Shown piece by piece: positions 1 to 12,735 of a stretch of DNA of 64,000 bases. Both the position numbers and the translations under genes were made by a program. Source of the DNA: Laetmonice hystrix (taxonomy: Eukaryota); NCBI GenBank assembly GCA_965235115.1, contig OZ249440.1, forward strand, positions 35,714,001-35,778,000, given 5' to 3'. Under the pieces are notes generated by a model, which saw only the letters and a program-made list of their open reading frames with translations, was not told where the DNA came from and ran no database searches. The stretch's first letter is position 1. Each line of letters starts with the position of its first letter.

Positions 1-2
1 CC

Positions 3-605
3 AGGAAAAGTAATCCACAAGTTCAAGCAATTGAAAAGATTCTCACTGCTGCCCAAATTGCAAAATTTGAAAGGCGTTTGAGTGAAGGGTATGATGTTAC
101 ACTGAAAGACCTGAATGCACTTAGTCCTGAGGAGAGATCTGAGTATCTTTACTGGAAGACATGGCAAGGTGCCAAGCTTCAAAATGCATCGGTGTCAAAT
201 GAAGACAGTGACACAAATACTACAACCCCCCCAAAAAAGATGCATAACAAATCCCCACCCACTGAATCAGATAGCGATGGTGACGACCCAGAATGGGAAC
301 CAAGGAAGAAAGTGTTCAAAAAGTGCAAAACTTCACATCCAGAGCGCAACAGAAATAACCCGATTAACAAGACCTTCTACATTGGTAACCCTCTGAAAAA
401 TGCAAATCCTCTCACAGGAATAGTTAAGATGAAATTCTTAGAAAGGAGGGGATTCGAATTTGACTGGCCAAAAACTGCCGACATTGATGACATAGAAGTG
501 ACCAAGATTTTGTGTGTGGTTAACTTTCAGGGGCCACCACCATTCAGGCTTTCAGAAAAGCGCTATCAACAAATATTACATCTGGCAAAAAACGTTGATG
601 TTTAA
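3..605 (+). pseudogene. C-terminal part of a probable pogo/DDE_1-like DNA transposase ORF (open from window start)
   Basis: Frame is open from position 3 (RKSNPQVQAIEKILTAAQIAKFERRLSEGYDV...YLYW...KFLERRGFEFDWPKTADID...FQGPPPF). FERR..GYD and KFL..F.WP..D resemble C-terminal motifs of invertebrate pogo-type transposases; the catalytic core is not in the window. Confidence 0.4.
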
Positions 606-859
606 CTGCTAGGGCATTGATGGTTTCTGCATTTTGGTGTTATTAATCTGTGTATTCAGGAACTCGGGTGAACCCCTAGCACAGGAAACAAAATTTCCAT
701 AGGATGTTGGTTGAATTTTCAATTTGGAAGTTTCAGTGATGATAATCACACTTTAGTTAGTGTGTTTTTCTTCCTTGAGGTTATTGTTAAAGTTTATTGG
801 ACTGTTACTTGTTATACTGATTGTTCGTTGAAAGGGGTGATACTGATTGTTCGTTGAAA

Positions 860-1245
860 GGTGTGATATATTCATCCTGGTCTCAGTAAGGGATGGATCT
901 AACTCTAAAATATGGACACTGTATTACATGAGATGTACTGGTGTGATATTCATTAGGATAGATCTCAGTTAGGTATGGATTTAGCTCTAAAATATGGACA
1001 CTGTATGTGATGTACTGACAGTGTGATATATTCATCAGGATCTCAGGTATGGATCTAACTCTAAAATATGGACACTGTATGTGATGTACTGGTGTGATAT
1101 ATTCATCAGGATCTCAGTTGGGTATGGATCTAACTCTAAAATATGGACACTGTATGTGATGTACTGACAGTGTGATATATTCATCAGGATCTCAGGTATG
1201 GATCTAACTCTAAAATATGGACACTGTACATATGATGTACCAGTG
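860..1245. repeat. Minisatellite, about 75-bp unit x5
   Basis: GGATCTAACTCTAAAATATGGACACTGTA (or a near variant) recurs at about 896, 977, 1051, 1126 and 1200. Confidence 0.85.
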
Positions 1246-1917
1246 TGGTTATGTGCTAATTGTGAAAGTTTATTGGAGTTTTTCAGAATCTTTTGTTTCT
1301 GTAAATAAACTTCTTCACTTTTCCTTAAATCGAGTATTGTGATGTTGTGTATCGTCCCTGATCCAGTGAGTCCCTGACAGTCAGTGCAGAGACCATGGTC
1401 CCTTTAAACTTCGTGATTAATGTTGGGCATGAACAAAGTTTAAAAGTTTATTTCTCCCTGCATTCACAGTTTTATCCTACCATAACTTGAATTTTTCTTA
1501 GATAATCCCAATTTTATGGATTCATTCAACGAGTTTGGTGTGATTACGGTAAAGACGTGCAACCAGGTCTTCTCCGTAATTCCAATAAAAATAAAATTTA
1601 TAATAAGTACATGAAAACTAATGATCAAGCTTTGCTGTTGGGAAATCAGCATCAATAATTCATTGACTTCATTTTAAATTGCCTTGGTCAAGAAAAATTG
1701 ACAACATTTTTTTTCAGATGTCTTTACCGTAATTTGTCCCTTTTTGTGAAAATGGCCCATATACCCCGTTTCGGTTCCGATGATCAAGGAAGGATTTCAT
1801 TGGAACGAGTTTAGACAATGTGCAAAGTTAGAAGTAGATCTAATTTGCATGTGATCAGTACCAAGGAGAAGCAGCATCACTGAACAAGGTTGGAAAGAAG
1901 GGAAGAACTTAAGAAGA

Positions 1918-2181
1918 ATGGCTAGTCCTACTCAAATCCGAAAGATGGCAAATTTTGTACATCTGTACATTTTGGAAGAGCCCGCCGAAAGGTACACAAA
2001 GGGAAGCGTCATTTACATGACAAATGCCGTCTTGAAAGATTCGGGAAAAGTAGTGAATATTGTAATTCTGAAGAAGGAAATGGCTGACCTGATTAAGGAT
2101 TGTCCGACGCCTTGCTTCATTTTCGTGGCTAATGTGGACATGAGTATGGAGTATGGGATTCGCATCACTGAATCAAGTCAG
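1918..2181 (+). pseudogene. Exon-like ORF of an unknown beta-rich (OB-fold-like) protein, cut by a LINE fragment; possible continuation at about 2560-2760
   Basis: ATG-initiated MASPTQIRKMANFVHLYILEEPAERYTKGS..., homologous by eye to 38623-38839. Downstream AIVTDSTGYKKCHLW matches the D.TG....LW pattern of OB folds. Confidence 0.35.
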
Positions 2182-2182
2182 G

Positions 2183-2396
2183 TGCTTCAGTGTCAAAGGA
2201 CACTGACAGCCATAACATTCTGGAGGTGGCTCCCCCTTCAATAAAACACATGGGTTAATCTAGAATGACCAACTCTGCATCGAGTAAAAACAATTTCATG
2301 CCTCCGTTGGGTTAGGCCCTGATGATACCTTTGGTAAACGATGGGACTGATCTGATACAATTTATTGTTTGGTTGTTCATCCCATTCAGTCTGCCA
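2183..2396 (-). mobile_element. Fragment of the I-group LINE (ORF2 C-terminus)
   Basis: Near-identical to about 31610-31825 (WDEQPNNKLYQISP...TRCRVGHSRLTH). Confidence 0.9.
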
Positions 2397-2826
2397 CGTC
2401 TCCACATGAACAAATATTGTGGACATTGACCCACCCCCACCCCACTCCCCTGTCAGGAAACTTTACAGCTGGCCACTTTCACTTTCAGCTTGTTTCTTTA
2501 ATGCCAACAAGTGAGTTATTCTGACGCAGAGGTACCACTTTTTTATAAACTACTAATTCAAGTGTCAGAAACAGGATGGGTAACTCACAAGACGGCCAAA
2601 GTATTCAGTACGTCAAAATTAACAGCCATTGTCACAGATAGTACTGGATACAAAAAGTGTCATCTTTGGAGAGACGTTCCAGACTGCATTTGTAGAGGGC
2701 CATAGTTTAGCTCTGCGGAACTATACCATCAGAGGTGGCATCCTACGCATTCTCAGATAAGTTAGATCACTTTTACGAATGTCTTAGAGACAGGGCTGCT
2801 CGATTTGTATTTTCACTACCTGGATG

Positions 2827-2964
2827 AAGCTCGATAGTTGTCGACAAGAATCCCGGTCCACTGAAGAGTACGCCGAAGAGATACAGCAGCTAGTAGTGCA
2901 GGCATATCCGGGGATAACCCTGGCTACCAGGGAAGAATTGACGTTAGAAAAATTCTTACACATG
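2827..2964 (+). pseudogene. LTR-retrotransposon gag (capsid) fragment
   Basis: KLDSCRQESRSTEEYAEEIQQLVVQAYPGITLATREELTLEKFL fits the RQ..ES.E.YA..L..AYP major-homology-like motif. Confidence 0.65.
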
Positions 2965-3025
2965 CAACACACCTATTGCCTGCCAGGTACTTAACTATAA
3001 ACCTAAAACCCTGACTGAGGCACAA

Positions 3026-3766
3026 ATGAAACTCAAAGAATTCGAACATAATTTCAAAGTGACTATGGGTTCTGGAGACCGCAGTCGACCAAAGTCGAGG
3101 CGTGTCTCCTGGGTGGATTGGGAGGGCGACACCTCCAGTGATGAGGAAAATTTGCAATTCATGCCCCAGCTGCAACCTGAGGAGAGGGAGTATGTTAACT
3201 CCCTCAAGATGGAGCGACCCGGTCCCCACCCCTACTCTCCACATGCGCCTGTGTGCCTGCGAGACGTTTGCCACTGGAAAATCCCGGCACGTCTCGTGGG
3301 GTATGGTGGGGAGCGTGGGCTCAGGCCCGCCCAGGAAGTCCAGACACTGGACGACCGGGAGGGCTGGGTTGTGCTGCTCCCCAAGGCGGAGGACACGGCC
3401 ACGCCGGCTGGAAGCCGCGCAAATAACCAGGAACCGTGTCCCTCTGCCTGTACCTACGCACAGGCAGTCACTACCCCAGGAGGCAGCAGAGCAATGGCGG
3501 GGCCGGTGGCTGTCCGGTTGTCTTCGCCTGCCGCTGCCGATGGGTCTGCTGCGGCGGCTGCTGCCCCTTCAAATGTGCCGGCCCCCCGGAGAGGCCCAGT
3601 AGCTGATCACGGACCAGCACCCAAAAGAAGGAAGTTGACCCCCTCGCAGCCCCCTGCCAGAGGCAGGCGTGGTCGGGGTGGGTGCGCCCAACCGGAGGGA
3701 CCCTCCACCTCCTCCAGGCCCCCAACGGGCCCAGATTCTGGAGCAGGCAGAGAACCGGTTTGTTAA
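3026..3766 (+). CDS. GC-rich orphan ORF, 246 aa, Pro/Ala/Arg-rich tail with NLS-like PKRRK; probably TE-derived
   Basis: Uninterrupted ORF in a GC island followed by an AT-rich tract with AATAAA; no recognisable domain. Confidence 0.3.
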   Translation: MKLKEFEHNFKVTMGSGDRSRPKSRRVSWVDWEGDTSSDEENLQFMPQLQPEEREYVNSLKMERPGPHPYSPHAPVCLRDVCHWKIPARLVGYGGERGLRPAQEVQTLDDREGWVVLLPKAEDTATPAGSRANNQEPCPSACTYAQAVTTPGGSRAMAGPVAVRLSSPAAADGSAAAAAAPSNVPAPRRGPVADHGPAPKRRKLTPSQPPARGRRGRGGCAQPEGPSTSSRPPTGPDSGAGREPVC

Positions 3767-5117
3767 ATTATAATTGTCTTTGTTTTTTTTTTATTTTGGA
3801 AAGTTTACTTTTCCCTTATGGTCTTCAGTTTTGAAACATATTGTTAATAATAATAATAAAAATAATAACTAACCCTAACTGCTGTTACAGATATGTGAAT
3901 TAATCAAATAAAGACTGCATATACTGTACAACATTATATTTGATTCCTTCAAGTTCCTCAAGGTATCATCACTGACATCAGGAACTTTTTATCACTTCAT
4001 GGAAAAATGGTTACCCAACGATTTTTTGGGTACGGATCCGTGCCCTGGGAAAATTTTAGGGTACGGAATTTTACCCATTTTACCCTCTGGCGGAAACCCT
4101 GGCAACGGCGTCAAAAGTATAAACCCAGCGTAATTGTAATAAAATAACAAATAATTATGGTGCTGATTTTAGTGCGTGTAAACAGCGAATTTTAAACGAA
4201 TGGAATCTAAGCCAAACTGAGACAGACAAGAGTAATGCTGCTAAAAAAAATTATGCAATAGAAAGAACGGGAGCAGCGCAAGACGCCGGGGGCAATAGTG
4301 TCAGATGACGACATAGCAGAAAGGCCACATCCGGCCCCCAGGCGAACCACTGCGGGTCTCCATGGGAACCGCCACCAGCTTCCAAAGGCTGTCAGTTCAG
4401 AGGAAGTCTGTATGGAGGGGAGCAGGACAGATGAAACTCTACTTGTACAAATGGCACAGACCCAGCTACTCCCAGCTACTGGCACAGGTGCTAGTCAGTA
4501 GAGTTGTAGTGTGGGTTCGCTGGAGGTCCAGCGAATTTAAACGGGAGTATGCAACCCTGGAGGATACACCCATATGTGGCCCCTGCGGGGTCACCCATCT
4601 GGGACCCCTAGTAAGGGCTGCTGGGGTTTCAAGAAGAGGGGGAGGTTCATCCCACCCCAGGGTGGGGGGCAGGTCAGTCACACTGTACCCCTACTGGTGT
4701 CAAAGGTCAGCATCACTTGACCACCCCTGCCCCCTGCAATGACCCATGCTGAGCACATGTGCGAGCCAGCAGCAGGGCTCTGCCACTTGCCTCCAAACCA
4801 TCACCTAAGAAACAGCTCGACAGACGGCATCCTTTTCCACTGATGAGTCTTTCTTAAATTTGGTCTATTGCCCTATTTGCTTTTTCTTGATTTGGGTTAG
4901 GATGGTTCTTCCACTATCAGAGAAGGTACACCGAGCGTACAGAGCAAAGTGAGTGCTATGGGAAGCTTAGCAGCAGTAGTATAGTGCAGTAGCGGCCGCA
5001 CAGAAGCGTTGGTAGTGCTATCAGTACCACTATCACTGCTGATAGCGAATTTTGGGCGCACAGAATCCTGTAGATAGTCTATCACCACTGACTAAGGCCT
5101 GTATTCACACTGACTAA

Positions 5118-5968
5118 GGCCTGTATTCAAGGACGTTCCTCCACTCACACTCAGTGAGGAACTCCTCATCCTCAATGAGGTCGACCTCATACTCATTGAG
5201 GAATAGGTTGACCTCACTAAGTGCGAGGTCGACCTCACCTCTGTTCCATTTCTCAGACGTCTCTCACCCTCAAGTAAGTGTCCCTCTCTGAGGAAAGCCT
5301 GAGGAAGGTCCACACCTGCCTTGAGCATTCCTCGACGGTACAAACATGGCCTTCAGGTGGTTGGGGAGACTTGACAATCTTCAGATTTTGCAGAATACTA
5401 GATGCAGGAGTGACGTTTCAAATTACAATTTTGACTAAAATGTATATGATGATGAACAATTGCGTCAAAGATACCGTTTAACAAAGAAGGCGTTTCACGA
5501 GCTGTTAGAAATAATCAGTCATGAATTACAACCGTACAACAACCGAGGAAGACCTATTCCAATAAAATTACGTTAAAATTAAGTTAAGTGAAATTACAAT
5601 AAATTAAAGTGAAATAAAATTAAGTTAAAAATAAAAATAAATAAATAAAAAATAATAGAAAAAATAAATAAAAACAATGCACTGTTAGACAGACCAAATA
5701 GACGAATCCCACTAGGCAATGATTCAGTAGATTACACAACGGTATTTATTTATAACTTTAGTCTGCCAGTACACAATGGAGGCTGACCTCAATCAAGTGC
5801 GACTTGAGGAAGGTCTGTGAATAACAAATTGCACGTAGGAGTGCAAAGTTGACCTCACACTCATTAAGGATGAGGTCGACCTTACACTCTCCCTCGAGTT
5901 ATCCTTGAGGACTCCTCAGTGGAGTTTGAGTGGAGGATGAGGTTGAGTGATGTCCATGAATACGGGCA
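5118..5968. mobile_element. PIF/Harbinger-like non-autonomous element
   Basis: Imperfect 16-bp TIR GCCTGTATTCAAGGAC / GTCCATGAATACGGGC (14/16), TAA on the left flank, mirrored subterminal GAGGTCGACCTC-type repeats. Confidence 0.55.
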
Positions 5969-6665
5969 GTTAAAGTTAAAGACAGTTAAAGACTGCACAG
6001 AAGCGTTGATAGACTATCAAAAGCATCCACTATCAGCACTGATTTATCAACTCACTATAGGTGCCCGGGGGCACCTTTAGTGTCTTGATAGCATTGAATC
6101 GGGGGTGTATCTGTGCGTCAGTCAGTCCTAAGGAAGTGTTTGTACCCTGTTGAAGCTGATGTCTGTTTTTTGGATGATGGCCATATGAAGAGGCAAAGAT
6201 ACAACCCATGAAGACAAGAGTGAAGCAGATTTCTTTGCAAAGTATAGATTCACAAAGGTCACTTTCGAAGAATTATTTGGCATTTTGGGACAGTCTTTGG
6301 AGAGAAACACATCACGGTAAGTTACAAAGGAGCATTTATTGACATCTTCAATTTTGGTAGCCATCATCCTCATGGCTAGTTCTTGCAATTACACTTGGGT
6401 AGTTTATGGACACACACTTAATTATGTAATCCTAAAAGTATTAAAGTCAACATTGCTTGAAGGGGGTAAACAAGCCCATATTTAAAACATATATATCTAA
6501 CCTAAAGTAAGTTCAGTCGTAAACAGAAGTAAAGGTCCAAACGGTTCCCTGCCACAAAATATTTTTTCTTGTTCATTTTACAGACATGAAGCCATCGAGC
6601 CGACACTGCAGTTGGCACCGCATTGGCATACTTTGGTGGGAGACGCATATGGTTTATCCCCTCGT

Positions 6666-6854
6666 GCCACCAGCAACAGTATACACGCGGTGGCTACCAG
6701 CAACAGTATACACGCGGTGGCTACCAGCAACAGTATACACGCGGTGGCTACCAGCAACAGTATACACGCGGTGGCTACCAGCAACAGTATACACGCGGTG
6801 GCTACCAGCATCAGTATACACGCGGTGGCTACCAGCAACAGTATACACGCGGTG
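6666..6854 (+). repeat. 27-bp tandem repeat x7, in frame in the Harbinger ORF (ATSNSIHAV)7
   Basis: GCTACCAGCAACAGTATACACGCGGTG repeated head to tail with very few substitutions. Confidence 0.95.
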
Positions 6855-6901
6855 GCTAACGCGATTTGTGAAAACGTGCAGCGTTTCATACATTGGCCAG
6901 A

Positions 6902-9900
6902 GTGAGTAGTGGTGGTTTTCCGCCGTGCCGGCATCCGGGGCCATCTTCACGGCGAAAACAGGGTTAAAAGACCATGAAATGAAAGGAACCTATTTTATCC
7001 CGGGCCCCAACGGGAATATCATTAAAACACACTCTATCCTGTCAGCCCAACCGGGCTATCGACGAGCCTGAACTATAAAAGAGTCAGAAGTCCAGCTTCT
7101 GACAAAAACTCTAAAATCACTCCTGGTCTGACATTGATAAAAAGATCCTTAAGACTTGTCTCACTATAAAACCGTTGTCTGATCAGAGTAAAATCACCAC
7201 ACTCAAGTAAAACATGCTTCAGTGTCAAAGGACACTGACAGCCATGACACTCTGGAGGTGGCTCCCCCTTCAATAAAAACACGTGGGTTAATCTAGAATG
7301 ACCAATCCTGCATCGAGTATAAACAATTTCATGCCTACGTTGGGTTAGGCCGTGAAGACACCTTTGATTCACGACAGGACTGATCTGATACAATTTATTG
7401 TTTGGTTGTTCATCCCATTCGGCCTGCCATTTGTTCTTAATGTATGCCCAGATGGTAGGTCTGAGGTCAGAGGCTGGGATTGGACACAGTTCGACGTCTG
7501 TTTCAAGAGCCCTCTTGGCAGTTCTGTCAGCTTGCTCATTGCCCGGGATGCCAATATGACCAGGCACCCAGCAAAAGTGAATATCAAAGTTTGCATTGGT
7601 AAGCACTGCCAACTTGGACAAGATTTGAACGATCACTGGGTGATCTGTGTTCAAGTTAGCAAGTGGTTGCAGACAGGATAAGGAATCCGAGAAAATGAGG
7701 AAATCCTTTTCACTAGACACTTCAATATTTTGAAGGGCAAGAAGCAGGGCCCGGGCCTCTGCTGAGAAGATGGAACTTTGCCCTGAGATGCGGGTGCCGA
7801 AGTTGTGCTTGCCATGAACTGCAGCCGCAGACACATCACTGCCATCCTTTGAGCCATCAGTATAGAAGGCATAATGTGAGGGATACCTTGCCTGGACGTC
7901 AAGAAAATGTTCAAAATATGTCAGGGGATGAGTCTCTGACTTCTTCAGTTTAGCCAACTGAAGAATGACGTCAGGCTTTTCCAGGTCCCAAGGAGGAATG
8001 TTGCAAAAATGTGTCTGCCCCAGGACGTTCAGATCAATATCCAGTTCCTCTAGATGAGGTTTCACTCTCAGTCCAAAAGGACGTATGTACGTTTCTTTTC
8101 TTTCATATAAATGTTGGAACTGAGGGTGAAAAACGCAATTGTAAGCTGGATTTGAACCGTTTGTCCCGAGCTTGACTGCATATTGCAGAGCCAGCTTCAG
8201 ACGCCTGTTGTCGAGTGATGGCTCTCGGGCCTCCACATAGAGGCTCTGAACAGGGGACGTTCTAAAAGCTCCAAGTGAAAGCCGCAAACCCTGGTGGTGA
8301 ACCGTGTCCAAAAGCCGAATGTAAGACTTACAAGCAGAACCATAAACTATGCTACCGTAATCGAGCTTCGACCGGATTAAAGCTCTGTACAGTTGTAAAA
8401 GGACTGTACTGTCTGCCCCCCAGTTTGTGCCAGATAAAACCTTGAGAACATCCAGAGCCTTAAGGCATCTGGATTTTAGTGATTTAATGTGAGGGATAAA
8501 AGACAGCTTGCTGTCAAAAGTGAGTCCCAGAAACTTTGTCTCTTTAACGACCTTGATAGGATCTCCATCCATTGTCAACTCGGGGTCAAGGTGGAAAGCA
8601 CGCAGTTTGCAGAAATGCATGCAGACTGTTTTAGATTTTGAAAATTTAAAACCGTTTTCTACGGACCAAGTGTGGATTCTGTTGAGACAAAGTTGGAGCT
8701 GTCTCTCAATGGCATTCATGTTTTTGCCTCTGCAGCAGACGTCAAAGTCATCGACGAACAGGCTGCAGGGCATGCCAGTTTTAACCGAGTTAACAATGCT
8801 GTTGATCTTAATACTAAAAAGGGTAACGGACAAAATGCTTCCCTGAGGCACACCTAATTCTTGGTCGTGCAAGTCAGACAGGGTCGTGCCTACTCTGACT
8901 TGAAAATGTCTGTTGGATAAAAACTGAGATATGAAAAGGGGCAAACGCCCCCTAAAACCCATATCATGTAAATCTTTTAAAATGCCGTACTTCCATGTTG
9001 TGTCGTATGCCTTTTCAAGGTCGAAAAAGACGGCAACAACATGTTCGCGGTTGATAAAAGCATCTCGGATGTATGTCTCGAGTCTGATTAGATGATCGAG
9101 AGTACTTCTCCCTCGCCGGAAGCCACACTGAAACTCGGTGATGAGCTGCTCAGACTCCAGCTTCCAGACGAGGCGATCATTAATCATTCTCTCCATGGTT
9201 TTGCACAAGCAACTTGTTAAGGCTATTGGTCTGTAATTGTTAGCTTCACTATGGTCTTTTCCTGGTTTGGGGATGGGGATGATTATTGCTTCTTGCCAGG
9301 AAATGGGTATATTACCAGTTATCCAGATATTGTTGAAAATGTGAAGAAGGAGGAGGAGGGTGGTGTCGGGTAGATGTTTTAAGAATTGGTAATGTATTTT
9401 GTCAGGTCCAACTGCAGTGTCGTGTGATTTTCTAAGAGAGCATTTGAGTTCTTCAATAGAGAAGAGTTGGTTGTACTCTTCTCTGTTGTCAGAATGAAAG
9501 TTTAGTTTTTGTTTCTCTTTTTGAGCACGAATGGCTTGGAATTGAGGGAGGCAGTTTCTGGAGGAGGAGTTTGTTTGAAAGGTTTTGGCCAGTTTATTCG
9601 CTATTTCATCTGTGGTGGTTAGTAGGGTGTCTTAATGTTTTAAGTGTTGGACTCCAGAACCACCCCCCTTGCCTTTAAGTTTCCGTATCATACTCCAGAC
9701 TTTTTTGATAGGAGTACGAGAGGTCAGGCTGGAGACGTAGTCTCTCCAGCTCTGCCTCCGTCTCTCTTTGCAGATACGGCGTGCCCTTGCTCTCATAATT
9801 TTAAAATTGGTAAGGTTCACTGCAGTTGGATGCCTGTTGAAAAGGCGTTCTGCTTTCTTCCGGTCTTTAATTGCCTGCTTGCAGTCTTCATTAAACCATG

Positions 9901-9976
9901 GATTTGAGACATGTTTAGGAATTGTCGAGGTTTTAGGAACTGTCCTGTCTGCAATGGAGATTAAAAGCGAGGTAAT
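6902..9976 (-). mobile_element. 5'-truncated I-group LINE (RT-RNase H), premature stop at 9632-9634
   Basis: ORF 7073-9208 has RT (FVDD), RNase H (YTDGSK, FSDS, WVPGHIGIPGNEQAD) and a C-terminal Cys-His motif. 11-bp TSD CATTGGCCAGA at 6891-6901 and 9977-9987. Confidence 0.97.
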
Positions 9977-10914
9977 CATTGGCCAGATGAACATGAAATA
10001 AGGACGTGCGAATTTGATTCATATCAAAAAGAAACATTGCCATCTCTTGTAGGCTTGATAGACGGAACTCACATCCCTCTGTATTCGCCATTTCATTCCC
10101 TAAATGTCCAAATAGTGTAACAGGATTTTAAAATTTTTTAATTTATATGCACGATTCCCCGGTTCCTGTCATGATTCTTATATTTTGCGCAACTCTCATG
10201 TGTGGGAAAGTTTTGAAAGTAACAGCATGCCAAATAGTTACTTGGGGACTCCGGATATCCCCTCAAACGCTGGCTGCTCACACCTTTCCCCAACCCAACA
10301 AACCGTGCAGAAGAACGCTACAACACAAGGCACAAGCAGATACGCTCCGCCGATGCAATGGTGCGCTGAGATGCAATGGTGTGCTAAAGATGAGATGGCG
10401 GTGCCTGACGAAACCAATGATGTTCCAGCCTCCACGTTCGTCGCGGATCGTTGTTTAGACCGATGCTATAATACAAAGGCCGTCCCTCCATGACCATGTG
10501 CATCAAAATTATAATTATTAACCTAATGAGTAGAGCGGTCAACAGGCATCTGTGCCTTTTTAAACCCAACCGTAGAAGATATATATATGTGTCATGAACT
10601 TGAAGGAACCGGAGGGGAGCGGAGCACGACCACATTTGAGTCTCGAAAAGATCATAGAACAACTACTTCAACACCTACCGCAAACAGTACGTCTACAAGA
10701 ACACAACTGATGTATTCTCTCACCCCAGAACCAACCACAACGCAAGACTTACTAGAAACAGAGGAACGTTCCTTGACAAGCCTGCTGTTGAACACAACAA
10801 TAGAGGATCCAGATACAGCCCCATCACAAGTTGAGACTGACCAGAAGTGGATAACGAAGTCACTAACGACAGAATGGTAGAGGTAGCAGAGCTGATGGGA
10901 GTGAGTGACCCACA

Positions 10915-11045
10915 ACGATATCAGCACTAACCATCGTGTTGGGAGATTCCAGCAGGGAAGATAGCGTCCGATCATTGTGCGCCTTGTCAGGAGGGACAAA
11001 CACACCGAGATCATGAAAAACAAGAAAAAACTGAAGGACAGGACG
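10915..11045 (+). pseudogene. CR1/L2-type LINE ORF1 (RRM-like) remnant
   Basis: DISTNHRVGRFQQGR*RPIIVRLVRRDKHTEIMKNKKKLKD fits the I...HR.G....RP.IV.F...LK ORF1 motif. Confidence 0.6.
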
Positions 11046-11900
11046 AGGATGCAGACATTGCACTTTTGAATGACGGCAATGGAAAGCTGTACAGGGCATC
11101 AAGACAAACTGCATTACTTGGCTTTGGCACCATCAGCTACCATCATCAAGTCTCATTTTCATATTGTGGTAACTACTGTCCTGTGTGGCCGGAAATTATT
11201 AATAATTACCAATACTTTTACCAAGTTCCTGGCAATATACATTCACAGTAAAGAATAGGAAAGTGTGCACTGCATTAAAAAAACAAAAACTTAAACCTCC
11301 ATTTTTCATGGCTACCTTCTTTTCAATTTGGCCCCTAGGGGGCCCAATTGGCGTCAAAAAATGGCTTTTACCTTGCCAGAGGGAACTATGGTTACCGACA
11401 GGCCTTGCCAGAGCCATGAGTCAAGGTGTGGCAACATGTCTGTACGTTGTTTGTACACTGCAGTTTATGGTATGTTTTTGTGACACGTCTTCTCATGATT
11501 GCACTATGCTTGAATGTAAGTTTGTAAATACCATGTACGCTTCGTTTCTTTCATTAACATATGTATCACACTTTGACCTTTTTCTGTTACAGCTTGCCTA
11601 AGATTTCATGCCAGAAGAGTTCCTTGTGAAGGATATAATGGGGGATGGCTTTCGCCATTTGTTGTTTGCGACACCGCAACAAATTAAGGTGCTCAGCATG
11701 GGAAAGACATGGTTTGTCGACAGCACATTTAAAGTTGTTGGTCGTCCCTTCGACCAACTCTTTTCAATCCACTCCTTTCTAAAGCAGGGAGATACACTGA
11801 AACAAGTCCCGCTGGCCTTCGCACTCATGTTGGGCCGCAGAACAAGAGATTATGAAATGGTAACGTAAATTTGTGATGCAAATGACGCAAATTTCATTAA

Positions 11901-12289
11901 CCCTATGCCGGCGACGTTTCTTACATCACAGTCGTCACAGAGGCTGACCCAGTTTTGCACACCACCCCACGTGGGCAAGCCATTTTGGATTTTCGTCTCG
12001 AAAAACGTGATTTTAGGAAACATAAATGTCTAAAAGACAATAGCAATCAACGTAATATGTAAGGGGGAGGAGTTAGTACAGCTACTCGACAATTGTAGTT
12101 AGTACAGCTACTCGACAATTGCAGTTGGGTGACTGACAGTCTTTGCTATCAATGGGCTGGATTTACGTGGAGTGGTCGGAGTAGACAAAAAAGTGCCTCA
12201 AGGCATTGTCCGCCCTGGGGCGGTAATGCCTCAAGGCATCGTCCGCCCTGGCACGGTAATGCCTCAAGGCATCGTTCGCCCTGAAAGGG
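11901..12289. mobile_element. piggyBac-like MITE in MULE intron
   Basis: TTAA|CCCT...AGGG|TTAA; three 33-bp subterminal repeats containing TGCCTCAAGGCA at about 12193-12280. Confidence 0.6.
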
Positions 12290-12584
12290 TTAAACAATAA
12301 TTTTAATCCTGTCTTGTGAAATTTATTTGTGTATGCTGCTTGCCTTTTGCAGGTGCTACAAGCTCTCAAAGCTGCGCTTCCACAAGAGGCACGAGTAAAG
12401 CGGGTTGTTCTTGACTTCAAGAGGGATGTGGGCAGCCATCCGATCAGTGTTCCCTGGAGTCAACGGACAAGGGTGTCTGTTCCATTGGACACAGGCAGTA
12501 TGGCGACACATGCAGGCTTTGGGGCTGCAGGTATGGTATATAATGACAGTAGGTCTATATCATGTCATAATGGCACTAGCCACT

Positions 12585-12713
12585 CACTGGCGGATCAAAG
12601 GGGGGGGGGTTCAGGGGGTTCTAACCCCCCCTTTGGGGGTCATTGCGTGCATTCGGCTGGTTAACCTCCCCCCCCCCTCCCCCCGCCTCGACAAAATCCT
12701 AGATCCGCCCCTG
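12585..12713. mobile_element. Small MITE with 5-bp TSD
   Basis: TIR CACTGGCGGATC / GATCCGCCCCTG flanked by CCACT on both sides (12580-12584, 12714-12718). Confidence 0.7.
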
Positions 12714-12735
12714 CCACTAATAACAATAATACTAA

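Larger units (their letters stand above)
6186..10458 (+). pseudogene. Decayed Harbinger (HARBI1/DDE_Tnp_4) transposase split by a LINE insertion
   Basis: Exon 6186-6316 EADFFAKYRFTKVTFEELFGIL (GTAAGT donor); exon from 6584 AIEPTLQL..VGDAYGLSPRATSNSIHAVANAI..FIHWP; resumes after the LINE with [63 protein letters not shown]. Multiple frameshifts and deletions. Confidence 0.85.

Noticed and set aside
4207..4742. Short GC-rich ORFs with Cys pairs
   Set aside because: Fragmented, and I could not support any domain assignment.
6578..6950. CRISPR-like array, or YQQQYTRGG / ATACILLLV repeat proteins
   Set aside because: Units are contiguous with no spacers; only the ATSNSIHAV frame fits the flanking Harbinger protein.
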